From Eledone cirrhosa (taxonomy: Eukaryota), in NCBI GenBank assembly GCA_964016885.1, contig OZ024742.1:236902001-236966000 (forward strand): 64,000 nucleotides of DNA. The letters are read 5' to 3'. Below are positions 13,853 through 26,122 of this stretch, piece by piece. The position numbers and the translations under genes are program-made. Position 1 is the first letter of the stretch. Every line of letters begins with the position of its first letter. The notes beneath the pieces are model-generated. The model worked only from the letters and a program-made list of their open reading frames with translations, ran no database searches and was not told the origin of the DNA.

Positions 13853-13857
13853 GTATG

Positions 13858-13931
<74 letters not shown>

Positions 13932-14107
13932 CATATATATATATATATATAATAGTAGAACACTGGTGGGTTATATCCGTAGTATTAGAGCATTCAACCC
14001 ATGGGACGAGTTTGGTAGTTCCACAACAGTTAGTTACCCATTACCGAGAAGAATTGTTCTCGGTAATGGTGAACTAACTGTTGTGGAACTACTTATATGT
14101 GTATATA

Positions 14108-14167
<60 letters not shown>

Positions 14168-14179
14168 ATATATAATAAG

Positions 14180-14845
14180 ATCAAGTAATTAATTGGTTTT
14201 TCAACCTCGATAGGGAGTCTGACACTAAATTTGTTTAGTTTGGTATAGACAACTATTATGCTTCTATCTCCACTGTTCTAGTAAAGAAAGCTCTTAGAGT
14301 GGCCAAAAATTACACCAGTATCACTAAGCTAGAAATACACATTATCTTTGATTGAATTTGGTGGTAGCCTCTGGACAAGGAATAATCACCCCAAAAACTA
14401 TGTGGTCGAGCAATTCTGCACAGGTCACTGACTTAATTAGGCTATTCCTGCTTAACAATTTAATCAAGTAATTCTCCGTTATGAAAGGCGGCATATACAG
14501 AGATGACGCTTTATTTTCCTTCATAAATATTAGCAACTTCGTATTTGAAAGGATTAAAAAACGCATGCACAGATTCTTCAAAACGTATAATTTAGGTATA
14601 ACCATAGATAATAGCACTTGGGTAGTCAACTTCTTAAGTGTTACTTTAGACCTAAACACGGAATCATATAGGCCTTACCACAAGCCTGGTGAGTTCCTCT
14701 ATTATATACATAGGAACTTAAACCACCCGAAAGTTATTATTAGATTTGTCATTAAAAACGTATCGGTTAGGATCTCCAGACTTTCTGATAATGAACAGAC
14801 TTTCGATCTTAATGCTCAATACTACAATGAAGCCCTTGCTTAGAC
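14180..14845 (+). mobile_element. Penelope-like element RT fragment (degenerate)
   Basis: GIYRDDAL, VNFLSVTLDL, YRPYHKP, YIHRNLNHP; homologous to 39790-39890. Confidence 0.85.
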
Positions 14846-14899
14846 GTCTTTCATAACGGCTGTCTTCGTTCAGTCTGTGGGTACACACTAGAAGACAAA

Positions 14900-15365
14900 A
14901 CATCTAACGCTGACCTCTTCACTAAGTGCATAATTGGAGGTATTGAGTCCTTTTCTATGAAATCACAACTACACTGGGTTGCTCATGTCATCAGAATGTG
15001 TAACAAAACAATACCAAAAGTCATTTTGTACAGCAAGCTTGATGATGGGTATAGAAATGCTGGATGGCCATGGCTCAGAAACAAAGAAACTGAAGAGTAA
15101 TCTTTCTGCAACCAATATAGCTTATGAGACATTTGAGCAAATGGCTTTGGACCGGAAGAACCGGAGATCTATATGTCATAGTGGGATCAGGAACTTTGAG
15201 CCTGGTTGTATCCATAAGCTACAAGAAACAAGGGAGAGTAGAAAAGCATTATCAAATATACCAGCAACATTATCCAGTATACCCCATCCTTGCACATTCT
15301 GTGAACTTACTTGCAAATCGTTAGCATCTCTGAAATGTCAGGCCCTATATAAACATGACTGATTG
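14900..15365 (+). mobile_element. RTE/BovB-like LINE C-terminal fragment
   Basis: EQMALDRKNRRSIC..GIRNFE and C-terminal CTFC..CKS zinc-knuckle remnant. Confidence 0.65.
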
Positions 15366-15860
15366 AACTGAATAGGTTTTTCGGATCCTCATACGTCAAC
15401 ATCGATGCAGAGTCGATTATATATATATATTTCGTTTCTGAATTTGTTTAGTAAGATTCTTTATCTGAAAATGTGTATTGAAACCGATAGTGTTATACTT
15501 TGGGAGGGTCATGTTTCCAACAAGAAACACACGCACCAGTTGCTTTCACTCCAATTTATTATAAATTAAATTAATAAATTTAAGAGGCAATAAACATAAA
15601 TGAACTCCAACCAAAATTAAATAGAAAACATGAATGGAATAGCAACATCACAACTTACAATTAAGGACAAAATGAAAACACACACACATAGAACAAACAA
15701 CCAACTAGTAACATGTAAATAAACAAATAAATAAACAAATAAAAACACACACAGACACCCGGATGTAACACATGCGCAAACTAAGCACACAGCACACACA
15801 AAAACAAGATGGCGTAGGACAGAACAAAGGAGAGGCACAAAACAAAGAAAAGAATCCTCA

Positions 15861-15903
15861 GTCACTGAAGAGATCACAGAATGTGTGACGAAAGAACTTT
15901 GAC
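15861..15903 (+). ncRNA. Minimal hammerhead motif inside ~90-bp inverted repeats (15491-15586 / 15958-16052)
   Basis: gtca-CTGAAGA-g(a)tcaca gaatg tgtgac-GAAA-g aa c-TT-tgac; very short stem III. Confidence 0.6.
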
Positions 15904-16201
15904 AATATATGAACAACCGTCCGGTTGTGGAACCAACCAACCGGAAATTTACAAATTTCTTAAAGTTATAAATTTAATTTATAATAAATTGGAGTGAAAG
16001 CAACTGGTGCGTGTGTTTCTTATTGGCAACATGACCCTTCCAAAGAATAACAATATATATATATATATATATACTATTCAAAATATTAACATATATTTAT
16101 TTGTGGTATATAAATATTGAGATTTGGTGAAATAAATCACTGCCAATACTGGAATTGTATAATCAAGACCGTAGCGGTATGTCATATATCAAATCATATA
16201 T

Positions 16202-16261
16202 TTTATCTGATGAAGACGTACTGAAAAAATAACGCAGTACCTTTGAAATATGTATAATAAA
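16202..16261 (+). ncRNA. Minimal type I hammerhead motif
   Basis: tttat-CTGATGA-agacgtactg..cagtaccttt-GAAA-t atgt a-TA-ataaa. Confidence 0.7.
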
Positions 16262-16407
16262 GCATATATTTTGATTATGTGAATATCTTTCCTTTGTTAA
16301 TATTTTGAATAATATTAAAAACTCCAGGAAAACTTTTTTGTTGAGTGCTTTTAATCTATTGTAAAATTGTATTCATTGAGTAATCAACGAACCATATTAA
16401 TCTTTGG

Positions 16408-16442
<35 letters not shown>

Positions 16443-16505
16443 GATTAAGATCTGCACCCAACTTCTCTTATTTGAATATGGTCTTACTGTGCTCATTCAT
16501 ATATA

Positions 16506-16753
16506 CGAGGGTCTGCTGAAAGGTTCATAGGCTGATTATGAATGGGTGACGCTAGACCTGTGATATCTTGCATGTATTAATTTCAACTGTTCTTGTTAAT
16601 AACTGCATTGTTTCATTCCAGGGAGTATGTTGAAAAATAAACCTCATTTGATATTGCATGAGAGTATCTTAGTCAGCCTCTGAACTTTTTCATCACCCAA
16701 TGAACTTTTCAGCTGATGAATTTTCAGCCTATGAACTTTTCAGCCGACATTCG
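16506..16753. mobile_element. Mariner-type MITE
   Basis: TIRs cgagggtctgctgaaaggttcataggctga / tcagcctatgaacttttcagccgacattcg flanked by TA. Confidence 0.8.
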
Positions 16754-17359
16754 TATACACCAAATTTCGCTCACAATGTATGAGGCGATCCGATGTTCTG
16801 GTTGAAGGCATTTGGCTAAAATGCAGCACAGTAGGATTGATCCCAGATCAATATGGTTGCGAATGAAACTGCTTTAGAGTACAGCCCTGACTGCGCCCTA
16901 AATGTCGTAGATTTTCGTATAATCTATATCTTTCTATACTGACTGCTAGGTCACCCATTTAATGAGTTTCAATTGCGCTTTGATATATGCATTTGACTCT
17001 AGTCATTAATGCATGCTGCAGTCTTTCACTTGAAATCTTCTGATCTTGACCGTTGATATGGAATTCTTCCGTAAACATCTAGTCTGTTTCACCGTTGACT
17101 TAACTCTAGTTCCTCTGCTGAGGCCACACATTCGTCTCGCTGCTACCACATGGTGGAATTTCGTTTCATTATGGTTCACCTCTCAAGCGATTAAGGTTTA
17201 GACTAGCTCCTACTTTTTGACCTGTCTGTCATAGTTGGACTTTCCAGGAATTAGTGTCCTGTTAGAATAGCTCCCACCACACGCGGACCAAATGAGCACA
17301 CACGCCATTCCCCCACAACAAATTATGTAATCGTATATGTACAAGCATATATACACACA

Positions 17360-18500
17360 ATAGGATAGCCGTTGAAACTCAAGTGTTCCTCCGCCTTATA
17401 ACGAGTTTTCTTTTTCATCATAGCCAGGTGGCCCAAGTATTCTTGCATTTTAGACCACGAAAGGACATATGACCGCTTTCTATGGGACCCGCTGTAGCAG
17501 TATGGGATCGATTGACAACTTCTTGTTGCCCCGAGGTATCTATACGAATGCCCGAGAATTTGTGTTCGGATAAATGGTGCTAAATCGAAACCATTCAATG
17601 TGGGTGTCGGACTACGTCAAGGATGCGTCCTGTCGCCATTCCTGTTCATAGCCTTCATGGACAGGATTGACACGTGCAGCTAGGCTGGAAGTGATATCAC
17701 CACTGGCGAGTATAGGATCAGTCGGCTGGAATTTGCAAACCACATGTATTACTTAACTCATCAGAAAGTGATCACCGAGTTAAGAAATAACTCGGTTTGA
17801 TGCCGAGTGTTGCACGGCTACAATGAAAAGCAGTGTTGTGTAGACTGAGATATTCGTCTTCTAAAGGAAACCTACGCAGTGAACTTTAATATGAATGGAG
17901 TTCCACTGAAGCAAATGGAGAAATTCAAGTATCTCGGGGGCGTGTTCACTGGTAGTAGAAGGCAGGCGACTGAATTAAGTGCAGAAGTATTGCAGAAGCT
18001 GCTGCAGTACTGCGCCTGCTTCAGCATTTGATCATCATCAGAAGTGAAGTAGGTTTAAAAGCCAAACTCGCTATCTTCAATTCGGTATTCGTGCCAATCC
18101 TCACCTATGGTCATAAATCTTGAGTAATGACCGAAAGAATACGATTGCCGATACAAGCGACCGAAATAGGGTTTCTCCGAAGGGTCTTTGGAATAAGATT
18201 ATTCGATAGAGTGCGTAGCTCGTAGATCAGACAGTCACTCCGGGTAGAGCCACTACTTCTCCGAATTGAGAAATCACAGCTCCTATATTACGGGCATATG
18301 GTAAGAATGTCCCAGGAAAGAATCGCTGGACAGATTTAACGGGCAAAGCTAACTGGCAGGAGACCCAGGTGTAGACCCCGAGCAAGATGGTGGAATAGCA
18401 TTCAAGTAGTCGACTGGTATTGCTTGGGGATCAGGCCTGATCAACTCGAGGCGATTGCTTTTGATAGGACCCACGGGAAGGAGTGTTTGAGGACTCTGTG
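17360..18500 (+). mobile_element. RTE-like LINE RT and C-terminal region, pseudogenised
   Basis: GVGLRQGCVLSPFLF, LEFA, FKYLG, PILTYG motifs with frameshifts and stops. Confidence 0.85.
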
Positions 18501-20094
18501 TCCAAAGTTCACCCTTCTCACCAAACATAGCTGGGTGGGGTTGCCCGTTTAGTCGCTGGTGACCTGATTATGCAACTGGTTGTACTGGGTTACATGATAC
18601 CACTAGTACCTCAGAGCGACTTGCCATAAAGAAAAAAACAGTAAAAACTGTTGTTGCTGTTGTTGTATTGATGTAAATGTAAGTTTATAAATACTGTCCT
18701 GTTGCTGCTTCATATTTGAGATTTTAATTCCATTCTCTGTGGGAGATCTTCTTGTCATTGTTCATGATCCTCCCAATTACACTATTCACCATTTTGTATC
18801 ACATAGTAAATGCGGGACACTTTTTCTTCTCAAATCATCATCATCATAATTGTCATCGTCGTCGTCGTTGTCATCATAATCATGATAATGCACTTCTCAC
18901 ACGTGCAACTCCTGCATCTACACTACCATTATCATCATCTTCATTTTCATGGTCTCTCTTTCGTTCCTTCTACTCTTCCTTCTCAGTACCGATTTAAACA
19001 AAAGTTCTACTCACACCTTTCTTCATCCAGGCATTCCGATATGAAAGCAGTGCTGGAAAAAAGAGTCTGGAACCTAAACGAAAAAGGAGTACCGTAGGAA
19101 AAAGCATGGAAGATGTTCGGTTGTCTATGTCATATATCAATGTAACTAAGTGATGCCCGCACTGTCTCCGTGAAAGATTTAGGATTTTACAAAGATTTTA
19201 CTCACCAAACAAGTATCTAAATTCTGATAAATTGAAATTTTTAGACATTATTTGCATCTGAAAAACCATCTCATGTCCAACAAGATACCCACACCCCAAA
19301 ATGTTCGTTCATCAGATCTGCTAAATCCTCATGACCCTATTTTCTGTCACTTATTCATGCGCAAGAATGAACATATAACACACCCCCAAGCACACAAACA
19401 CATTATATACACCATAACAGAAATACCATATTCTTTAGTGTTGGGTTATAATTTTTAGGAAATATTTAGAAAAGGCTTTTAAAAAGAGGTTTAAGATTTA
19501 CAAAATTTCATTACACACGTGCATGTGTGTGTAATTCCATTACACACACATGCACGTTTATTCATACCTGCTTATACAACCCTCATATATGGATATGAGT
19601 AAAATATATTCGTCCATTTTTCCAAAATTATAAAATGGTATCATCTCCTTTAGGACATACGAGTTTTGTGCGTTTTATAACGGATTTAACACAAAAAAAT
19701 TACAATTAAGTTACGCTCATATACATATACATCGATACATATACATATACATATACAATACATATACATATACATCGATTCAAAGCAAATTTCACGCAAC
19801 TCTCTGTACATATAGTGATATAATATTGTAACCTACGATTTGGGGGAAGTTAAACACGTTTGATTTTAAAAAGAACTCTTCACGAACTATGACCATTTTT
19901 GTAAAGTAACGTCTTTTTCTTTAAATTTGGCGAATTTGGAGGGTGGGTGCAGTTTGTTTGGCAGGTGTGATGGGTACAAGTTGGCATTCGAAATAGGTGT
20001 GTGTGTCTATCTGTGTGTGTGTTTGTGTTGTGTGTGTGTTTGTGTGTGTCTGTGTGTGTGTCTGTGTGTGTGTGTCTGTGTGAATGTAATATCA

Positions 20095-20460
20095 TCTGAA
20101 AAAATTGAGCAAGTATAAAGACCTGGAGATTGATATTGGAAAAATGTGGAAGTTGAGAACTAAAACAATACCAGTGGTTGTAGGCGCTCTAGGAATGACA
20201 CCCAAGGGGTCTAATGATTACTTATCCCAAATCCAAGAAAACCCGCGTATAGAAGAAATAAAAAAGATAGTACTAATGGGAACTGCCCATATACTAAAGA
20301 TGATTCTGTCAATATAAATACATCACAGGTCTAAACAACTAAAGATACATGTGTGTGTGTATGTGTGTTCTTTCTTGAACATGGCGGACCTTGTTGTCTC
20401 TTGAGCTCACTGGTTGTGACTTGGTGATAACTCGTATGAACATAAAGCAAGATAAATGAA
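20095..20460 (+). mobile_element. 3' end of RLE-type (R4/Dong-like) non-LTR element ending in (TAA)n
   Basis: EKLSKYKDLEIDIGKMWKLRTKTIPVVVGALG..GTAHILK C-terminal motif. Confidence 0.75.
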
Positions 20461-20559
20461 ATAATAATAATAATAATTGTTTCTACTTTTGGCAAAAGGC
20501 CAAGCATTAAATCAGTTCATTACAGGTACTTTATTTTACGTTCCTTCGTAATTCCCATA

Positions 20560-20609
20560 ATGAAATTAAGCGATTTTTAGATCAGATCTTACCACTTCCA
20601 CACATGTAG

Positions 20610-20654
<45 letters not shown>

Positions 20655-21110
20655 GCACTGCAGTGGCTTCGTTGAGGGGACGAGTGCCTCAGTTTTCGTA
20701 GCACTGATTTTCATTCCAGCCATGCAGCACTCGGCATCAAACCTATTAAGTACAAGCTGGAGATCATCTTCTGTCGTGGTGAGTAACACCATGTCGTCTG
20801 CAAATTCCAGCCGACAGGTTTTATACCCACCAGTCATGACACCACTTCCAACCCGGTTGCGCAAGGTCAATTCTGTTCATGTAAATAATGAACAGGAGAG
20901 GTGATAGTACGCACCCTTGGCGGACTCTCACTCCCACATCGAATGGTTCGATTTAGCACGATTTATCCGAACACAAATACTCGAGCATTCGTATAGAGAT
21001 ATCAGGGCAGCAAGAAGCTGACCATCAGTCCGATACTTCTGCACAGCCTTCAACAGCAGGTCACGAGTAATGCGGTCATATGCCTTCTCCATATCGACAA
21101 AACAAGAATA
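20560..21110 (-). mobile_element. RTE-like RT fragment interrupted by (GTT)n
   Basis: CFVDMEKAYDRI, RQGCVLSP, RLEFADDMVLL. Confidence 0.85.
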
Positions 21111-21635
21111 TACGATTTCTAAATTTGGCATACAACCAAGAATTTATTGGGAGAGGAAAGTCGATTGCATCTACCAAGTATATGATTGGTATGCAATGCA
21201 AAGTTGATCTGGAGGTCTGGACGGGATCTAAACCCGGAAATAAATGCCACCGCTCAAAAACAAAGGAAACTAAGAGAAAGAACGAAATCCTTCGAAGGTT
21301 AAACAAAAACCTGACCAGAAACTGATTTTCAACAGATATACTGGTATAATGTTAATGTTATGAGACCATGTCAGCGAGGGATGATGAAGGTTTTGGCTTA
21401 TTAAGAAATAAACAAAATATGAATGTAACAGTTTTTTATGTTTTCTTGAAGGTCTAGAACTCCTGTTCCATGATGTAATTATTTCAGCTTTAATCTACAG
21501 TCTCTTACTAGGTTATATATATATATATATATGTATATAGTGGTAGAACACTGGAAGGTAATATCCGTAGTGGTAGAGCACACAGTCCATGGGACGAGTT
21601 GGTAGAAGTGGTTACACAACAGTTAGTTCACCATA

Positions 21636-21675
21636 TCGAGAACAATTGTTTCACCTTAAAGGATCCTCAGCTTGG
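21636..21675 (-). ncRNA. Minimal hammerhead motif, left arm of palindrome
   Basis: ccaag-CTGAGGA-t cc tttaa gg t-GAAA-c aatt g-TT-ctcga. Confidence 0.65.
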
Positions 21676-21678
21676 ATT

Positions 21679-21718
21679 CCGAGCTGAGGATCCGCTAAGG
21701 TGAAACAATTGTTCTCGG
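21679..21718 (+). ncRNA. Minimal hammerhead motif, right arm of palindrome
   Basis: ccgag-CTGAGGA-t cc gctaa gg t-GAAA-c aatt g-TT-ctcgg; palindromic loop III. Confidence 0.8.
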
Positions 21719-21745
21719 TATGGTGAACTAACTGTTGTGTAACCA

Positions 21746-21835
<90 letters not shown>

Positions 21836-21994
21836 AATGTATGACTCCGAGGCAGAGCTCAAGCCGTTTCGACGGCTATTTCCGGACTAAAAACCGTCGG
21901 GGTAATACTTTCTCCTATTACCCACTCTACTACCCTAAGTATTGAGTACTCTGGTGCGTTATGGTCCATCTGGTTCCTTACCACAACTCCTTCG

Positions 21995-22057
<63 letters not shown>

Positions 22058-22060
<3 letters not shown>

Positions 22061-22636
22061 AAATGGTGAGCTGTGTTGTTACAATTAAGTGTAATGAAAA
22101 ATTAGAAATTAGAAGTTAGGATTATCCATCATCAGTTGTCTACTAGGCGTCATAGGCATTTCTTCGCGTTACAGACAATATACCTCCTTCTAGGGCGAAA
22201 CAATTACTAAAATAAGTTATTGGGATAAAAAGAAGTGGGTGGAGAAAGAGAAGGACATATAAACAGACACGATGGGTGAGGCAACGTAAAGAGAGGAAAA
22301 GAGGAAACAAATCAAGTCAATAATTCATTTCGAACATAAGAACGGGCGAATTTTGACGAGGAGAAAAATATTACGTCTTGACCGCGCGGGTGTGAACGAG
22401 AAGAAAGACCGCGTACAGTGTTGGACGATGGAGGAAGAGAGTAACAGAGAGTGAGTGAGTGAAAATGCGAGGAAGAGGCTAGCCGAGAGGGGGTGAGTAA
22501 AAGTAAGAGGGAGAAGGAGCGAGAGAAGGGGGAGAGAGAGAGAAGATAACAGCAAGGGAAGAGAAAAAAGACGAGTCATAGCAGAGGGGGAGGCGTATAT
22601 GAATCAAGATGGCGAGCTGTGTTGTTGCAATTAAGT
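22058..22636 (-). mobile_element. ~580-bp non-coding element with 33-bp terminal direct repeats, in (TA)n
   Basis: tcaaaatggtgagctgtgttgttacaattaagt / tcaagatggcgagctgtgttgttgcaattaagt; homologous to 35580-36200. Confidence 0.7.
22122..22228 (-). ncRNA. Permuted hammerhead-like motif, copy 1
   Basis: TTATCC hairpin TTCGC..AGGTA-TA-TTGTCTG..GCGAA-GAAA-TGCCT..TAGACAA-CTGATGA-T-GGATAA. Confidence 0.55.
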
Positions 22637-23592
22637 ATATATATATGAATATATATACATATATATATAGTATACCTGCGCATTTTAAAATACAATATAG
22701 AGAGGAATGAAAGTGCCCAGGAAAACTACTTCCTTTGAGCTCATTGAATTACAGGATTATACGTGAGTCCTTTACTCCGTTATTTTACTTGATATTTACT
22801 CTTCGTCTTCTCTCTACAGACAAGCACGATAAATTAAATAGTATAGGCTGCCATCTCTAGCAGCTTGATCTCTTCATACCACATGTCACTGCCTCGCGCA
22901 CTTATTTCCCTCTATTCACACGTGCTACAGGTCAGTTACTATAGTTATCTTTAGTAGCGGGGACAATGTCAGCTTAAGCACTTGCTGATGATCCAAGAGC
23001 TGGGTTTGCAACCATTAATAACTGTGAAACAATTTCTTAGTGAGTTTGTACAAGTGCGATTTAGTTATGAGGTAGGTTTTTCATTTTAATTTATCCTTTT
23101 AATTATTACGTTTCTTCTATACCTCTCTTAGCTTATATTCTCTTCACGCTGGTGGTTAAAATCCTGTAAATGTAAACAAACTCTCCTGTGTGTTTCCTCT
23201 CTATATTATATATATAGTGTCGATAAAATAAAGTACCAGTAATGTACTGGGTAATTGCTGGCCTTGTGCCTAAAGTAGAAACAATTATATATATAGTGTG
23301 TGTGGGTAGTACGGTGAAATACTGGTGTTGGTACCAAATCAAGCACTCTATGCACAGACAGAGTGTATATAATATAAAAAAACGAAGAAGTTTCGTTTAC
23401 ATATCAAAAATATTTATTGCGTATCGACCTGTTACGCACGTTTCACAGAGGATTGGCTCAAGGTGACCCATAGGAGTTATGGACCCGACTCCAGTATCGA
23501 TCTACTATTCAGACTGGTGATGTGACGAAAGATATATTTTTGTTGTGGTATGTGGGCCGAGAAGATATATATATATATAGGCATCGGCCCTA

Positions 23593-23681
<89 letters not shown>

Positions 23682-23867
23682 GGGGCTCGTTTGTGGGAAG
23701 AAACACATGCAAGATCAATAAATTATATTAAATTCTTCATCTTGGATTGTTATTTATATGTATACATACATACATACTTACATACTTACATACATACGTG
23801 CATACATACATACACACATACATACATACATACATACATACATACATACATACATACATACATACAT

Positions 23868-24340
23868 TGATGAGGAGTTTACAAATCCAGTATCCAAGAT
23901 ACACCTTTAGCTTCATACCCATCATTATTGGAGCTATGGAGAGTCGGAAGCCATGCTTTCCAGCATAGTTACGTCCCTTTATGATCTGAGTTCAAATCCC
24001 GCCGAGGTTGACTTTGCCTTTCATCCTTACGGGGTCGATAAAATAAAGTACCAGTAATGCACTGGGTAATTGCTGGCCTTGTGCCTAAAGTAGAAACAAT
24101 TATTGGAGCTACGGGTTATATACCAACCCGCTTAGACCAAAGTATGACTGAACTTGGATTTGCGGACAAAAAGCGCAGCTCCCTAATTCATAGTCTACAA
24201 ATGGTTGCGATAGCTGGCACCTTCAAAATTTGCAAAACATTCTTGCGATTCAAGGGATGACAATTTCTTTTCTTTTACAACCTTGCCACCAGGAAGGTGG
24301 CCGGTCAAAAAAATATACTCGAAATTAAGAGAAAGAGACA
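23868..24340 (+). mobile_element. RLE-type LINE 3' end between (TACA)n tracts, split by a SINE with 13-bp TSD
   Basis: YTFSFIPIIIGA|TGYIPTRL; attattggagcta duplicated at 23924-23936 and 24099-24111. Confidence 0.75.
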
Positions 24341-24636
24341 TACATACATACATACATACATACATACATACATACATACATACATACATACATACATACA
24401 TACATACATACATACATACATACATACATACATACAGCGTTTCTGAGAATTGGAATATTATGTATAAATTGGATTGTTGCTTTCAGTTGATACATAACGT
24501 CAAAATTGAAATTGTTGTTGGCTCACGAGGCGGAATCTGGCCATTCCTAATATTTTCTCGATATAAAGTAACATTTATGGTTTTCACACAAGGGTCTTTG
24601 AAAATGTAATATCCCAAAATATTAGAATTCAAGAAC

Positions 24637-24708
24637 GGTTTGTCTGTCTAGTGGCATGGTTCTCGCTTTGGGTGCGAGAGGTCCCGGGATAAAACCTTGG
24701 ACAAGATT
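24637..24708 (+). pseudogene. tRNA-Pro(TGG) pseudogene
   Basis: ttctcgctttgggtgcgagaggtcccggg matches eukaryotic tRNA-Pro; T-loop (gataaaa) and acceptor stem mutated. Confidence 0.85.
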
Positions 24709-25761
24709 AATCCTAACTTCTGATTTTGAAGGCTGCGAATTTTCAGAATTGTCAGTGTCACACTATAAAAATATCTCCAAGTTCAAATTCTTACAAGGTC
24801 AGCTTTGCCTTTCATTCTTCCGAGGTTGATAAACAAAAAAACCTATTCAGTACTGGAATCGATTCTTCCTCTACGTATCTGTCTTCCGTTCTCCCCCCCC
24901 CCTCTCTCCCTCTCTCTTTCGCTCTCTCTCTTTCGAAGAAGAAATTATATAGTGAAGGAAGGCGCTCATAGACCAGTTTGTGAGTGATTGAACCCTAGAT
25001 AGTCGACCCGAAGTTAAGGTAAAAGCATTTTTCCAAAATGCCACAGGGCTGGATCGAACCGGAAGCCTGGTGTTCCTGAAGCAAATTTCTTAATCAATCA
25101 GCCATGCCTATGTCCATACTGTACTAGAACTTGGACCAAACACAAGGGTAAATTAGTTTCAAGCGCGAAGGTTCATCAGGCCGGAGCTTCGATTGGCGTT
25201 AAACGACTGAAGGTAGAATACTCTTCCCTGGATGAGACGCTGGTCCATTACTGTTAATCCCCAACTGTTGCTGCTTGTATTCTTTTTCAGGTGAATAGAC
25301 AGAAGCAACTTAAAATGTTTTGCTCAGGAATAAAACGTGTTATCCAGCCCACTAATATAACACGTGACACTGTAATCGTGAGTCAACACTTTAACCACTG
25401 GGCTACCATCTCCCGAATCGACCACATGATAGATGCTAATCACTAATTGTATCATTAACAAGTTTACTGTAATCAGAGAGGGCAATCAACCTTCAACACC
25501 ACCATTAACATATAACCAGAATTATCTCGAACTCTATCTCTGGCAACACCACCAATACAACACACCCACCACCACCACCACAACCACCATTCATTGATCC
25601 CAAACTCACTACCTAAACAGTGATCTCCATTTCTATCATTCCCACCACCATCACCATCACCTACTAACACCTTCATCATTACCATCACCATCTTTCATAG
25701 ATACCGTCTCTAACACCAACACAAACAGAGAGAGCGAGAGAGTGAGTGAGTGAGAGAGCGA

Positions 25762-25810
<49 letters not shown>

Positions 25811-25948
25811 GCGTACAAACAGACACGCAATCTTATTCCATAAAAGTATTTAGTTAAGATATAGAAAGGAAATGACTAGTTGGGTAGTTTTGAATGTTTG
25901 CAACGTTTTTTTAAATATCCACTTCTGCGCTTACAGATTGACGTTGTT

Positions 25949-25999
25949 AGTTTCAGAAGATCCCGTTAAGGGTGAAAGCAGCGATTCTTTGCTTAAACT
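25949..25999 (+). ncRNA. Hammerhead-like motif with CAGAAGA (U4A) core
   Basis: agttt-CAGAAGA-t ccc gttaa ggg t-GAAA-gca..tgc-TT-aaact; distal stem I cagatt/aatctg. Confidence 0.55.
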
Positions 26000-26091
26000 T
26001 TAATCTGTTATTTTAATAAATAAATATATATATGCAAACGAATATTATTATCACTCGATATAAAACTCCCGACTGTATTTCTATATATATC

Positions 26092-26122
<31 letters not shown>

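Noticed and set aside
19145-19750. Possible non-autonomous Helitron end (also ~59432)
   Set aside because: Only a weak terminal hairpin resemblance; no second terminus or partner copy identified
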